A stretch of DNA of 64,000 bases from assembly GCA_021613535.1 (NCBI GenBank), contig CP075492.1, positions 15,686,001 through 15,750,000 of the forward strand, written 5' to 3'. A model generated the notes under the pieces. It saw nothing but the letters and a program-made list of their open reading frames with translations. It had not been told where the DNA came from and made no database searches. Position numbers and translations under genes: made by a program. The DNA comes from Adineta vaga (Eukaryota > Animalia > Rotifera). Shown one piece after another: positions 51,272 through 63,137 of the stretch. Every line of letters starts with the position of its first letter. The first letter of the stretch is position 1.

Positions 51272-52092
51272 AATAACTGAGAACAATAATTAAGAGACAG
51301 TTTCATATTAACAACGATGTTTATGACCTTTGACTAATCAGTTTCACTGCTGCTTCTGTTACTAACATTTTTTTCTGCATACAAAATATACAATTATTAA
51401 TATGAACTGACATAGTTTTGCTCAGAAAAACTCATCATATGTCAAAATGGACAACACTACTGATATCTTGGTCGCATCAAATATGATTTACAAAGTTTGC
51501 CTATCACATGAAAAAAGAGTAATAAAAACGATGATCTTGTTCGATCATGTATCAGATTCAAATGTATTACACAATCTTATCGATAAAAGTCAAGACGGCT
51601 TGTATAGAAATAGTTGTAACTTTTTCTCCAATACAATAAAAGATTGTTAAGATCAGAAGTTCATGTATTTATTGTGTGAGGGTGTGGATGTGAGTGTCAT
51701 ACATCTACTCACTAGTGTCCTGCAGGAACAACTTTTTCCCTATTTTCTCATTCCCAATTTGGATTTAGGGAATGGAAACGGAGCTAAAAATTCATGTTCC
51801 CTAAATTTTGTTCATCTTATTTTTTTATATATACACATACTTCTATCTTGTAGCTGTTTTTTTTTTAAATTTTCTTTTTTTATACATAATTAACAGAAAA
51901 TAATAAATTTGCACCAAAAAATTAGACTATTGGTTGATTTTTAACGCTATAATAATTGAATCATCACAATCACCCACAATAAAAATCAATACCAGCAGTA
52001 GTAGTAGGTGCTTCTTGGATTGCGTAAGAAATATGTCTGAATATTCGATGACCATCAGTTTCATTGGGAATTTTATTTCTAATACTAAAGAC

Positions 52093-52146
52093 ATCTTGAG
52101 GGTGTGGGTACTTCATCTATCTAACACCTGCACCCACCCTCAAGAT
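52093..52146. repeat. Telomere-like palindromic short element (best-preserved termini)
   Basis: Perfect 12-bp terminal inverted repeat ATCTTGAGGGTG ... CACCCTCAAGAT. Confidence 0.7.
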
Positions 52147-52357
52147 TTTATTCTATAAATTACTCGACATCGAATATGTTTAAACATTGATGCATGATGT
52201 ATTGTTATTCTAGATGCTCTAATAATGAATAATAAAAAAATTTACATATAAAAACAGCATGTTCTATCTGGGCAGTAATATATGCCAATAAATATCACGC
52301 TTTTCTTGTTCGTCACTTATTTCATGTATAATGTCGTCAGTTATTTTGCTTCGGCGC

Positions 52358-53497
52358 ATGTCACAACATCAAGCATTATTTGTGATACTTCCAAATGAAA
52401 TTATCGATATAACACTCTCGTTCAATCGTATATTACAAGTCTTGATTTAATTCATGATTGGAATGGAAATCAACAAGATATACAATGGATTTCTTCACTG
52501 TTTGAACCATTGAAAATTGATCGATTTAATGTTATGTATTAAATCCATGGGTGATCTAATACAAATTGTCAAACAAACACCAATTCTTCAACATTTATGG
52601 ATCGCTTTTGCTAGAAATCTAGAAATGTCTGACGTTGCCGATTTTTGTAAAATAATTTCCATCCATTAAACAAATTAAATTATTTTTCTGTCTCTACGCC
52701 AGAAGAAGCGGATAAATTTCGTGAAATTCAAATTTTTATCGATCAATGTTGTTCAAATAACAAAGTTTTAAAAATAATCAGTATAAAATTGTATTCGATC
52801 GATTTCAATGAATTTTGATGAATTTTCAAATGAAATGAAAAATAAACATGTCAACCGTACACAGTTTATTTATCATATTATTAAACAAGGAGATCTATTA
52901 GAACCAACGGATCATTATTTCCATATGTATTCATTACCATTTCGTTCAATAGCACAACATATGCTGTATCTTATTTCAATCAATTGGAACTTTAATTGTT
53001 TTCATGAAATCAATATCATTCTTCCAGATACTATTCTTGATGAAGATATATTTCATCATCTTCGCTTTCTCCATTTTCAATCAACTTACTATTGTCCACG
53101 ATGTACTTATCTAAATCTTCTTTCGCGCTTGCTTAATCGAATGCCGAAATTGGAATATCTCATTACTTCAGATGATAATTTTCTTTCTGAACAACGACAA
53201 TACCCGTCTATTAAACAATTCATTTCCCGTAAATTCAACTTGAAATCAATTGACACGAAAATAAAATGTTTCCCAAAATTAACAACACTTTCTCATGATC
53301 ATCTTGGGATATATTCACACAAAATCTCAACATTTGTTAGCTCATTTTTCTTTTCTCTTTCTTCATTCAAATCAATTTCCTCTCATTATGGTTCAAGAAG
53401 TAGTTATACTTATGCAAAATATGCACTCTATTCTCTTCGTCATATAATACTCGATTTGGAATGTGGTATAGCAACATTTAATCGTCGCAATTTCTAA
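52358..53497 (+). pseudogene. F-box array pseudogene C
   Basis: MSQHQALFVILPNEII start with internal deletions and stops; close paralog of 48171-49590 including upstream DNA. Confidence 0.75.
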
Positions 53498-53664
53498 CTA
53501 AATCATCCATTTTCACCATGTTTTGTGTCAATAAATAAATTCCAACATACGAATTCCTCACGAACATGATTCATAGTAATAATCCGACCCAAAGCAGTAT
53601 TTGTTTTCGTCGTCTCGTGAAAACATTTCTTTCTGTTGTTCGATTGCATTTTATTTTCAACAAA

Positions 53665-55344
53665 ATGTCCCGACAACGAACGTTATTTACAATACTTCCC
53701 AACGAAATTATTTATGATATTTTCTGTTTTCTATCAACAAATGATATCGTTCGAGCGTTTAGTAATCTCAATAATCGATACAATGCTCTTATTCGAGCAC
53801 ATGTAAAGAGTATCGATTTAACTGTTGGTTGGAGAGGAACTCGACAAGATTTACAATGGATTTGTGAAACGATTCAAATTTTGAAAATTAATCAGTTACA
53901 TCTTTGGTTAGTAGATCACTGTCAGTTTTTTCAACTTCATTCACTTGAACTCCAAAACGTACTGAAATGGAATAATTTCATCTCGACAATGAATTTAACA
54001 AGCTTGTCTCTTCAATTCAATAATAAACTTCATTCTGATCGTGATGAAATTACAATTCCTCTTGATGTAATTCGATTTTGTGTCAATAGTAATATAGATA
54101 CATTACATAGAAATCTTATTGATTTGAATATTGAAGTTGGTTCAATGGTTTCACTTCTTGGAATTATCAAACATACACCTCTTCTCGAACGTTTATCAGT
54201 CACTTTCGCAGGAAGATTTACCAATCACGATCAAAGACATATGGATTTAATGGTTGAAGACTTCCAACCATTGAACAAATTAAATCATCTTTCTCTTTCA
54301 ACAAAACCAACAAGTACGACATTTATGAATGGTCATTTATCATTTCAGCATATACAACTATTTGTAAATATATATTGTCCAAATGAAAAGATTTTGAAAA
54401 GAATTATTCTTCAACTATATCATATCGACATTGAAGAAGAAATGTGGTCAACCATTGAACGATATAAAAATACATTTGATCGCTTTGATTTCTATGGTTT
54501 ATTTAATATGAATGAACAAATTATTCAATTGGTAGAAGAATTAGTACGCACAACATATTTCGATTATTACAATCAAACAGCTGATCAATTATATGGAGAA
54601 TATCGTTTAGTTCATGTCTATTCTTTACCATTTCGTTTTGATAAAATCTATAATTTTACTTCTTGTTCGGAACTTAATCCTCACACATCATTTGCCAGTG
54701 TTCGTCATCTTTATTTTAGTGAAAGTTATAAAAACCATTTGATATCATTTCAATCTTTATCTGAACGTATGCCAAATCTTATTTCAATTAATTGCCATGT
54801 TAACGTTGATCACGATGTTAATATCATTGTTCCAAAGTTGATTATAGATGGAAATCTATTTTCTAGTGTTCGTTCTCTTCGATTTATCGCTATTTGTACT
54901 GGTGAGAAATGTAATTGTTATAGTCTTCTTGGTCGATTACTTGATCATATGCCATGTTTGGAAGATTTAAAAACATCGGAAGGCGTTTGTCTTCTTGAAC
55001 ATAAACCGATATTAATCCTCAAACGATTAATTAAATCAAGATGTGATTTAAGATGTGTTCATACATTAGTAAAATATTTACCCCGTTTGAAAATCTTATC
55101 AATTGGTCGATTACGAGGATCTCCGAAAGAAATATCAAAATATATAGCTCCACTTTTCATTCGATTATCATCTTTCATGTCGATTTTCTTCGAATTTGTT
55201 ATACTAAATAAGTTTTATCCAACAACTAATAAAATCAACATCGAAGAAACGTTGACACTTATGAAACGAAAATATCATTCACTTAACTATATAAAATTCG
55301 AGTTGATTGGAACCGTAGTTCGATTTTATCGTGTTAACTCTTAA
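53665..55344 (+). CDS. F-box protein (array member D, intact)
   Basis: MSRQRTLFTILPNEIIYDIFCFL...AFSNLNNRY, LRR-like repeats, HVYSLPFRF motif. Confidence 0.85.
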   Translation: MSRQRTLFTILPNEIIYDIFCFLSTNDIVRAFSNLNNRYNALIRAHVKSIDLTVGWRGTRQDLQWICETIQILKINQLHLWLVDHCQFFQLHSLELQNVLKWNNFISTMNLTSLSLQFNNKLHSDRDEITIPLDVIRFCVNSNIDTLHRNLIDLNIEVGSMVSLLGIIKHTPLLERLSVTFAGRFTNHDQRHMDLMVEDFQPLNKLNHLSLSTKPTSTTFMNGHLSFQHIQLFVNIYCPNEKILKRIILQLYHIDIEEEMWSTIERYKNTFDRFDFYGLFNMNEQIIQLVEELVRTTYFDYYNQTADQLYGEYRLVHVYSLPFRFDKIYNFTSCSELNPHTSFASVRHLYFSESYKNHLISFQSLSERMPNLISINCHVNVDHDVNIIVPKLIIDGNLFSSVRSLRFIAICTGEKCNCYSLLGRLLDHMPCLEDLKTSEGVCLLEHKPILILKRLIKSRCDLRCVHTLVKYLPRLKILSIGRLRGSPKEISKYIAPLFIRLSSFMSIFFEFVILNKFYPTTNKINIEETLTLMKRKYHSLNYIKFELIGTVVRFYRVNS

Positions 55345-56186
55345 ATATTATTATATCCTCATCGAATAATGAAAGAATCATCAATAATGCAGAGTCAATT
55401 TGATGTTGTGGACACATTCTACTTACTCTTGATATTTTATTGCACTTAATAAAGAGATAAACGAAATAATTTTTAGTAAATATCCAATTATGAAAATCTT
55501 GGGAGTGGGTATGAAAAGAAAAGAATTATCTCATTTACATGCTCATGTCTTCGCCTATTTCACTCATATTCCATTATTTTTCAAATGATCTCGAGAGTAT
55601 GTGGATATAGATTTGCGTTTGTGTAGGATAGCCTTCTTTTCATTCATTTCACATCCACACCGTCAGGAATGATAGGAATAATTTACGGCGCATGTTATAT
55701 ATAATTCTCAGCACTTATTCACTCATACTTCTGCGTGCCTCTGTATCATCGACACATTCATACAATGCTGTTGTTATTGGACTTTCATTCATATACCTTT
55801 TGTTTACACTATGTTATGATTATAACGTAGAACGCCGCAAACAATATTTTCCATCTAAACATGTATGAAATGACTGTTACCTTTTCAGAGTTGTCATGTT
55901 CAAATTAAGGTACAGTCAAGTTGCGATGTTTTTCACAGTATCATACAGATCAGAGGAGAGACGTTGTAATTGGCATGAGCGAGAAATAATGTGTCATGTA
56001 GTAGTCGATACTTGATACGCTGAATGACGCATTACTTTTTGCTCATTACATGTTTTTTCAAGATGGGAAACCACTTTCTTCGTTGCCCTGTCCTAGTAAA
56101 TATATAGGCAGTCATTTTCTCATACTTTCATCAATTGCTTCTCATCGTCTTCTAGTTTTATTCTATAGTACATTATCACTATCAAT

Positions 56187-56429
56187 ATGCCTTGTTGTTC
56201 ATCATCATGTCGTGTTAGCTGTGGCAGCTCATGCTGTGATCCATGCTGTGGCTCTGGTTGTGGTTCATGTTGCAGTTCGGGTTGTGGATCATGCTGTGTC
56301 GATTCTTGCTGTAGTCCTTGTGTTAAGAAAACTGTCGTCACTAAGACTGTCTGCTATCGACCAGTGGTCAAAGTTGTGAAGAAGACATGCGTTGTTCGCA
56401 AATGCTGTGTCGATCCTTGCTGCTGCTAA
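56187..56429 (+). CDS. 80-aa ultra-Cys-rich protein, copy 6
   Basis: G11S, G30S and R62K relative to copy 1; TATA at about 56097-56107. Confidence 0.85.
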   Translation: MPCCSSSCRVSCGSSCCDPCCGSGCGSCCSSGCGSCCVDSCCSPCVKKTVVTKTVCYRPVVKVVKKTCVVRKCCVDPCCC

Positions 56430-56743
56430 TATGGATATTTCTTCTCATTTTTCTATAAACTGACTGGCAGTAAAATGTGAAATAAACCCGCACAAACGAT
56501 ACCTACTCTGTTTTATGTGCTAAAGAATATAATTTTCTAGAATATATAAAATTTAGAAATGATGTGTGTGTGGGTGTGAGTGTGAGAAAAAGATGAATTA
56601 TTTCACCTCCACACACCATGACTCCTCACTCTACAGCAACACCGGACTACCTTGAATAGAAACTATAATATGTCACAAATATTTTACTTTTGCTTCGATA
56701 TATACGTTACTTTTTTCGCTGAAATATTGACTTATAACATTAC

Positions 56744-56889
56744 AGCTTTTTTTATTACTCAAAATACTCTACAGTATTGTAAAAGTCTTATCTTCGTCAG
56801 TATTTTCGCTGACATTCATCCTTAGAAAACGATAAGATATTTTTGATTCAGACAAGGGATTTAAGACTTATCTGCATTTCGGACTCAAA
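56744..56889 (+). repeat. 146-bp direct repeat, left copy (partner 61295-61440)
   Basis: One mismatch seen between the copies; offset 4551 bp. Confidence 0.85.
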
Positions 56890-57623
56890 TGATTATATAT
56901 ATATACCTTCTTTCCTGCCCTGCCTTAGCTAGTGTAACTCTTCAGGTCGCCACTCAGCTCGAGTTACCTGTCTTTCACACGTCTTTCTCCTCCGTACCGA
57001 GACCCTTCCTGTATCCCTGTTCGCGTCATGCATCCGGTGTTTTTTTCAGAACTTTCCACATCTCTTCATTAATTCTTTCCTACTGGTCGTGTTTCGCTAT
57101 GCATACAACACACAGCTCTGTTCCTTTTAAATCCACTCCTATTGTCCCGCTGCAACTCCCACCCCTCGATAGATCTGCTTATTCTCAGACGCTCACTGCA
57201 AGTCATTCTCTAGTTTATAACCTTCACTTCGACTCCATACAGTTAGAGTAGTCATTTCCCTCCAGATTCAGTTTTTTCTGAGAACCCACCCATGCATTGT
57301 AGTTGTCCATTTTGGATGCAGACACCAACGCCCCTACCCCCACCCCTGATGACCATTCTAACCCCATGTCGACCTTCCTCTGTACTTAGGGAAGCACTGT
57401 GAAAAGTTTCGGAATGTTATCTATCACGGAACTGCCTGGGTGAAGTTTCACCTACGGCCCTAATCCCCACTCTCACCCCCAATGACCATTCTAACCCCAT
57501 GGCGACCTTCCTCTGGATCTAAGGAACTTTTGTGGAAAGTTTGGCGACATTAGCTACTACAGGGACTGAATGCACAGCGAAGAGAGAAACAAACAAACAA
57601 ACTTTCTTCTTTATAAATATAGA
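56890..57623 (-). mobile_element. Non-autonomous Helitron-like fragment
   Basis: The minus strand starts A|TCTATATTTATAAAGAAGAAAGTTTGTTTGTTTG (Helitron-like 5' end with microsatellite). Body is GC-richer with a 133-bp-period repeat (57349/57482). Hairpin GTAACTC..GAGTTAC precedes CTAG near 56930, but the 3' end is not canonical. Confidence 0.45.
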
Positions 57624-57654
57624 TAATCATATTTTTAGCTGGCTTATTTGATTG

Positions 57655-57772
57655 TTGAGGGTGGGTGTGGGTGTGGGTAGGTGCGAGTGTGGATTTAGAT
57701 CTGAAGATGTAGGTATATCTTCTTCACTGACATCTTCACCCCACACCCACGTCCACCCACCCACACCCTCAC
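57655..57772. repeat. Telomere-like palindromic short element (G4-capable)
   Basis: TGAGGGTGGGTGTGGGTGTGGG ... CCCACACCCACGTCCACCCACCCACACCCTCA. Confidence 0.7.
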
Positions 57773-59063
57773 AATCCATTGCATTTAACATTAATGCAAA
57801 TTTCACTGTAATTCTTCATACTTCATGTGGGAAAAAGACCGAATGGCAACAAGCTGAAAGAATGCTGAAACGAAAAAGCAACTATTCAATCTAAATATTA
57901 TGTTGGTATTGCGATGTAAATAGAAGAAATCATTCATTCGAACACACACAAGTGACAGAACAGTCAAGAAAAGTAGGTGGTTACATTTTAAGAAAATATT
58001 CAATGATTTACCCAAGCGCTTTTTGTACAAGAATTTAATTATAGATCATTGAATATGAAGATGATTGTTACATGATCTCGACTAGGAATGAGACCCTAGT
58101 TTGTGAAGACAACGGTTCAGCGTGCGTGTGAGTGAAGGCAAGGATGAGAATGCCCGCAAATATCGATCGAATTGATAAGTCTCAATAGATTCTTAGTATA
58201 GAAATAAAAATTCTTTGGGAAAATAGATTTCAAAAAGTTCTAGCAATCCCTTTTGCTGAATGCGTTTTGTAAACCTAAATAACTTTTTCTATTCATTATA
58301 TAATTTGTCTTGTCATTGTTTAAAAAATTTCTATTACAACATACTGAAGTTTTCATATAAGCTAAGCTACGTGCCATTTTCAATCCTGCATGAGCCTACA
58401 GGTCAATTCTATCTTAGTTGCTAGCATCTATATAACGCTGAGAATACTTTCTATTCAGGGATGTTGATCATCGCGGAGTAGGATGACTACTCAGAACTCG
58501 ATGGATAAAAATTTCCAGAATGTTCCAGAAAATGATACTCGGGCCTTTGCAGAGTCTTCTGAACTAATCCTGAATTCTCTAAGAATATGATGAGTGAGTC
58601 TGCAAAGAAAATTTTCAGCACTTAAATCTCTTTACAACTCTCTATAGTACTTCAAAAAGCTTTTAGAACCTACGAAAGATTTTGGAATTTTATATTATCA
58701 TTCTGAAGCCTCAAATCTCCTAGACGATTTCAGATATAAGTAGTTTTCAAACGACTTAGAAAAGTATCTAAAATTACTGAGATTCAATCGGATCAGGAAT
58801 TGCAATGATTGAAAACACAATCGCCATAGACTTCGCACTGATGGTGAGATAACGAGGTAACGAAGCGATGAAACAGCGAGGGTTCAATGGCTGAAGAGTC
58901 ATGCGACTTATTAATTCGCGTATGTTAGAGTCATAGCGATTGCGCCGTATGTCCTAACAAACACTCATTTACACCTATCCATCGTAGAAATTAGATCGTT
59001 TTAGCTATTATTACAAAGGTGTTATTGTAGAATATAATGGGAACTATAGTTAAAAACATCATT

Positions 59064-60921
59064 ATGGAATTTCACGGCCAACTAAATTCATTATTGTATG
59101 ATAAGGGAACAAACTCGTTTTGGAGTTTTCTGGAACGGAAGACAAACTTAAAACGTGATCATATTGCTTTAGGTATATTGTAATGATTTTATTCCTTACC
59201 ATGTTCATCATTTTGTTTCTTGAGGTTTGTTTGGATTTCTTGCTGTATATTTATTATTTTGTTGGGGCAATGATTTTCTTTGTAATATCATCGGAATTGT
59301 CTATCCAGCATATGCTTCGTAAGTTTACGTTTTCTCTCAATAAATCTTTTTATAGGAACTTTTATACGGTGAAAACGAACCGCTTTACAAATTTTCACTA
59401 TCGACTTCGACTTCATTTACATTATTTAGGATATTAACTACAGAACTAGGTGCATCTAATGATAAGAGGAAGTGGCTCATATACTGGCTTATTTATTCAA
59501 CACTTTTCTTGGCTGAATATTGGAAACATACTTTTAAACACTCACTACCATTTTATTGGTTAATCAAATGTATATTTCTTATTTGGTTGATGATATCAAA
59601 ACAAACGATCAACATTTGTCAGCAACTCATTCGTCGATTTGTTCCTTTACATTCATCGGTAAGAATTTAGAACTATAACGATAATGTTGATAATAAAGGA
59701 TTACGATGTGGAAAATATGTTTTGAAATTTAATACTACTATAGATATGAGAAAAGCGAGTCTTTCATTGCATTTGAATATATTGTTATGTAAAAGATATT
59801 TTCTTGTATAACGCTCGTCTGGGCAGCCTTTAAATATACTAGTACATATAAATTGTCTTCTTTAGCCCCAATCAATAAAAACCAGACTTATACTCAATCC
59901 GCCCAATGAAAACATCGAATTACATATTAAAAAAGTTGGTAACGCTGCAGTAACTAATCGTCTTCAACCTGATGCGCAGGGCGTTGTTGGTCTCGATTCT
60001 CTTGGCAACGGAAGTTTTAACGTAGAAGCTTTTTCTTTGCAAATGACGCCATTGCTATTACTGCATAGATTTCAAATTACAGTATATAATTCTGCTGTAA
60101 ATGTACAAGCTGTCGATCTACAAACGACGATTCTTCATTCTACTTTTCAGAAAAGTGATAAACCATTTGACGGAGCTCAAGTTCGAGGTAAATTTACCTG
60201 TAAGCAAGGTCATACCTACAATTTGAATGGTCAAACTAATAATGAAGGTATTATCACTATTGTCCTTCCAGAAGGCACCGTTGACAGTTTTACAGCAGAA
60301 AAAGACAAGATTGGAGTTTCAAAACAAGGAAACATCGCTATTCCACCACCAGCACCTACACCAGTTACTGTTCCACGGCCACCGAAATACATCATCATTG
60401 ATCTTAATTCATCAAGCTTTAGTTCGTCGATAAATCCTACAGAGAAAGATGCGCGTGTCGTTATTCTCGGTGATATATCGGGATCTATGGGAGCAGAAAC
60501 ACAGATGGACATACTACGTCGCTCATTTCAGGAAATTTTTGATAAATGCCAAAAGAACAAATGGAGTGTATCATTAGCTGCGTGGAATGATAAAATAGAC
60601 TGGTGCACTGAGACATGGATTCAGTCGAGCCAAGCCCAGGCCGTCAAATCATGGATTGGTTGTCAGCGGGCTCGCGGGGGGAACGACATGCGAAGAGCAA
60701 TCGAAGACTGTATGAAGCGTTATTCAAGTGCCACTGATGTGTATGTCATGTGTGATGGTGATATAACTCCATTCGCGAATCCCGAAGTAGACTGGCGTAA
60801 TTTTCGTAATCAATTTTTAAAAACAAAATTTCATTTTATTGCACTTGGAGCTCATGCTGCATACGCACCGATGGAGACCATGGCTACAATCGGTGGTGGC
60901 ACATTTACTCATACTACTTAA
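59064..60921 (+). CDS. Predicted REEP (TB2/DP1/HVA22) - beta-rich linker - vWA fusion, 4 exons, 495 aa
   Basis: Exons 59064-59172, 59225-59318 and 59430-59658 give FLCNIIGIVYPAYAS, KWLIYWLIYS and PFYWLIKCIFLIWL. A phase-0 intron 59659-59865 joins an exon with vWA motifs DISGSM, GGND and MCDG. Confidence 0.65.
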
Positions 60922-61294
60922 GGAAAGATGATGAAACTATGCATATGCGCTATCAATTTAACTGAGAAACAAGAAGAAATGAGATATTCTAGAATTTTTA
61001 TAAAAAAATATATTCTATACCAGATCATTTTAATCAATTGATCCAGCTTATTTAAAATGCTGATAATAAATTAACGTAATGAAATAATAAATAATAAATT
61101 CTGTCGAAGATGATATCACATAAGATGCTACAAATCTTCTAGTCATAAATATCATAAAAAGAAAATGATGCCAGTTAATAAAACCATTATGTCAAGAAAC
61201 GGTTACTCGGATAAAACCTATAGTATATTACCAATATGTTATTTTTCGACGTATGTGTTAAAATTTTCACCCAAATATTCACTTATAGCATTAT

Positions 61295-61440
61295 AGCTTT
61301 TTTTATTACTCAAAATACTCTACAGTATTGTAAAAGTCTTATCTTCGTCAGTATTTTCGCTGACATTCATCCTTAGAAAACGATAAGATATTTTTGATTC
61401 AGACAAGGGATTTAAGACTTATCTGCATTTCCGACTCAAA
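61295..61440 (+). repeat. 146-bp direct repeat, right copy
   Basis: Near-identical to 56744-56889. Confidence 0.85.
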
Positions 61441-61572
61441 CTATAAATATTTGTATAGAACGTATATCTTCATCTTTCTTTACTAAACAATACATAAACA
61501 AGCTATTCTTATCAACGACAAAATACTGAAAGAGAACGGATATATCTATCTCACTTAATCGCTTCGCAAATA

Positions 61573-62005
61573 ATGTCTAAACAAGCAGATACGAAATTGG
61601 ATGTGCCAGATTTTCCATCAGAGTGGAGCTGTATGTACAATACTTGCCAGTTTTTTCACTTCAACCTTTCTATTTATAACATTTGATTGGTTTGATGACA
61701 CCAATATTTGCCTCTATGGTCTTTTCTACCCATCTTGTCTGTTTGGAGATAATGTTAAGATTAAGAGGACAAAAAGTGTCATTACATTCAGCTGTCCCTG
61801 CTTTTGGTATGGACTGAATCTACTGTGTTTAAATTGTTGGTATTTTCATAAAAGGCAACGATTCAATTTGCGATATATTTACGGTCTTCTATCAGGATGT
61901 GGTGATTGTTCTACTACAACATTTGGTGGACCTTGCGCTTTATGTCAAGAAGCAAGAGATCTGAATGCTTTCCTATTTCTGTACGTTCTTCGTCAAATCT
62001 TATAA
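61573..62005 (+). pseudogene. PLAC8/cornifelin-like Cys-rich protein, probably degenerate
   Basis: FDDTNICLYGLFYPSCLFGDN, RFNLRYIYGL, GDC, PCALCQEARDL. First exon MSKQADTKLDVPDFPSEWS|gtatgt has no clear AG acceptor; several family Cys are substituted. Confidence 0.6.
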
Positions 62006-62894
62006 GAGGTTCAACCATCTACACTTTTAGTCTTCAGGAATGATATATATTCTATTTAATATACATCTCATGACTAAAACTTCTTTGGAAAAACAGTGTT
62101 TAACCTCGATTTACAACATACATAGCAATTACAAGCTTTGCCAATAAAGATCAATTTTGTCATGCAAAACTAATGTTTGTAACATTTTCTCCTAGATATC
62201 TTAAACATTTACATTTGTTTATATACTTTTTTTTCGAATGACTTTGACGGTATGTGGATATTAGTTTGAGTTTGTACAGTTGTCTCCTTTTCTTAAATTC
62301 ACCATCCACATCCTCAATCCAATCAAACAAACATTTAAAATTGTCCATACACTCAAGTTTAACGGGATGAATGTTGAGACTACTAGGGACAACTTAAGGT
62401 CTATGTTCGCGTGCATGTTTTTGTATCATCAGCATGTTCATTCAATACTGTTGTTATTGACTTTTCATCCATGTATTTTTTGTTTGTATTATTTTAGGGT
62501 TATGATGTATTTTGATAATGTTACAGTGCTGTAATGTAGAACATAACAAAACAATATTTTCTATCAAAAACTGTATCAGGTGACTTCTACCCTTTCAGAG
62601 TTGTTGTGTTGAAGTCAATGTATAATCAAATTGCCATGCTTTATTATACAGTAACCAATACTTCATGTATTGAATACACCGTAACTTTTTTCTCATTATA
62701 TGTATTCTTCATGACATGTGTAAGTTAAGTACCATCGTAGCAGGGTACTGATAATTGTTTTTCTCAACAGAGACCAACTTTATTCATTACTCTGTTCTCC
62801 TATATATATATATAGCCAGACGTTTCCTCATACTTTCATCAGTTGCTTCTCATCGTCTTCTAGTTTCACTTCACATTCCACTACCAATCTCAAT

Positions 62895-63137
62895 ATGCCT
62901 TGTTGTTCATCATCATGTCGTGTCAGCTGTGCCAGCTCATGCTGTGATCCATGCTGTGGCTCTGGTTGTGGTTCATGTTGCGGTTCCGGTTGTGGATCAT
63001 GCTGTGTCGACTCTTGCTGTAGTCCTTGTGTTAAGAAATGTGTCGTCACTAAGACTGTTTGCTACCGACCAGTGGTCAAAGTTGTGAAGAAGACATGCGT
63101 TGTTCGCAAATGCTGTGTCGATCCTTGCTGCTGCTAA
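62895..63137 (+). CDS. 80-aa ultra-Cys-rich protein, copy 7
   Basis: G11S, G13A, T49C and R62K relative to copy 1; TATA run at 62801-62813. Confidence 0.85.
   Translation: MPCCSSSCRVSCASSCCDPCCGSGCGSCCGSGCGSCCVDSCCSPCVKKCVVTKTVCYRPVVKVVKKTCVVRKCCVDPCCC

Noticed and set aside
56889-57251. 120-aa ORF, and the 80-aa ORF at 57652
   Set aside because: They lie within the Helitron-like segment and a GT-rich palindrome and have no protein-like features.
56744-61440. LTR retrotransposon interpretation of the direct repeats
   Set aside because: No TG..CA termini, primer-binding site, polypurine tract or gag/pol remnants were seen.
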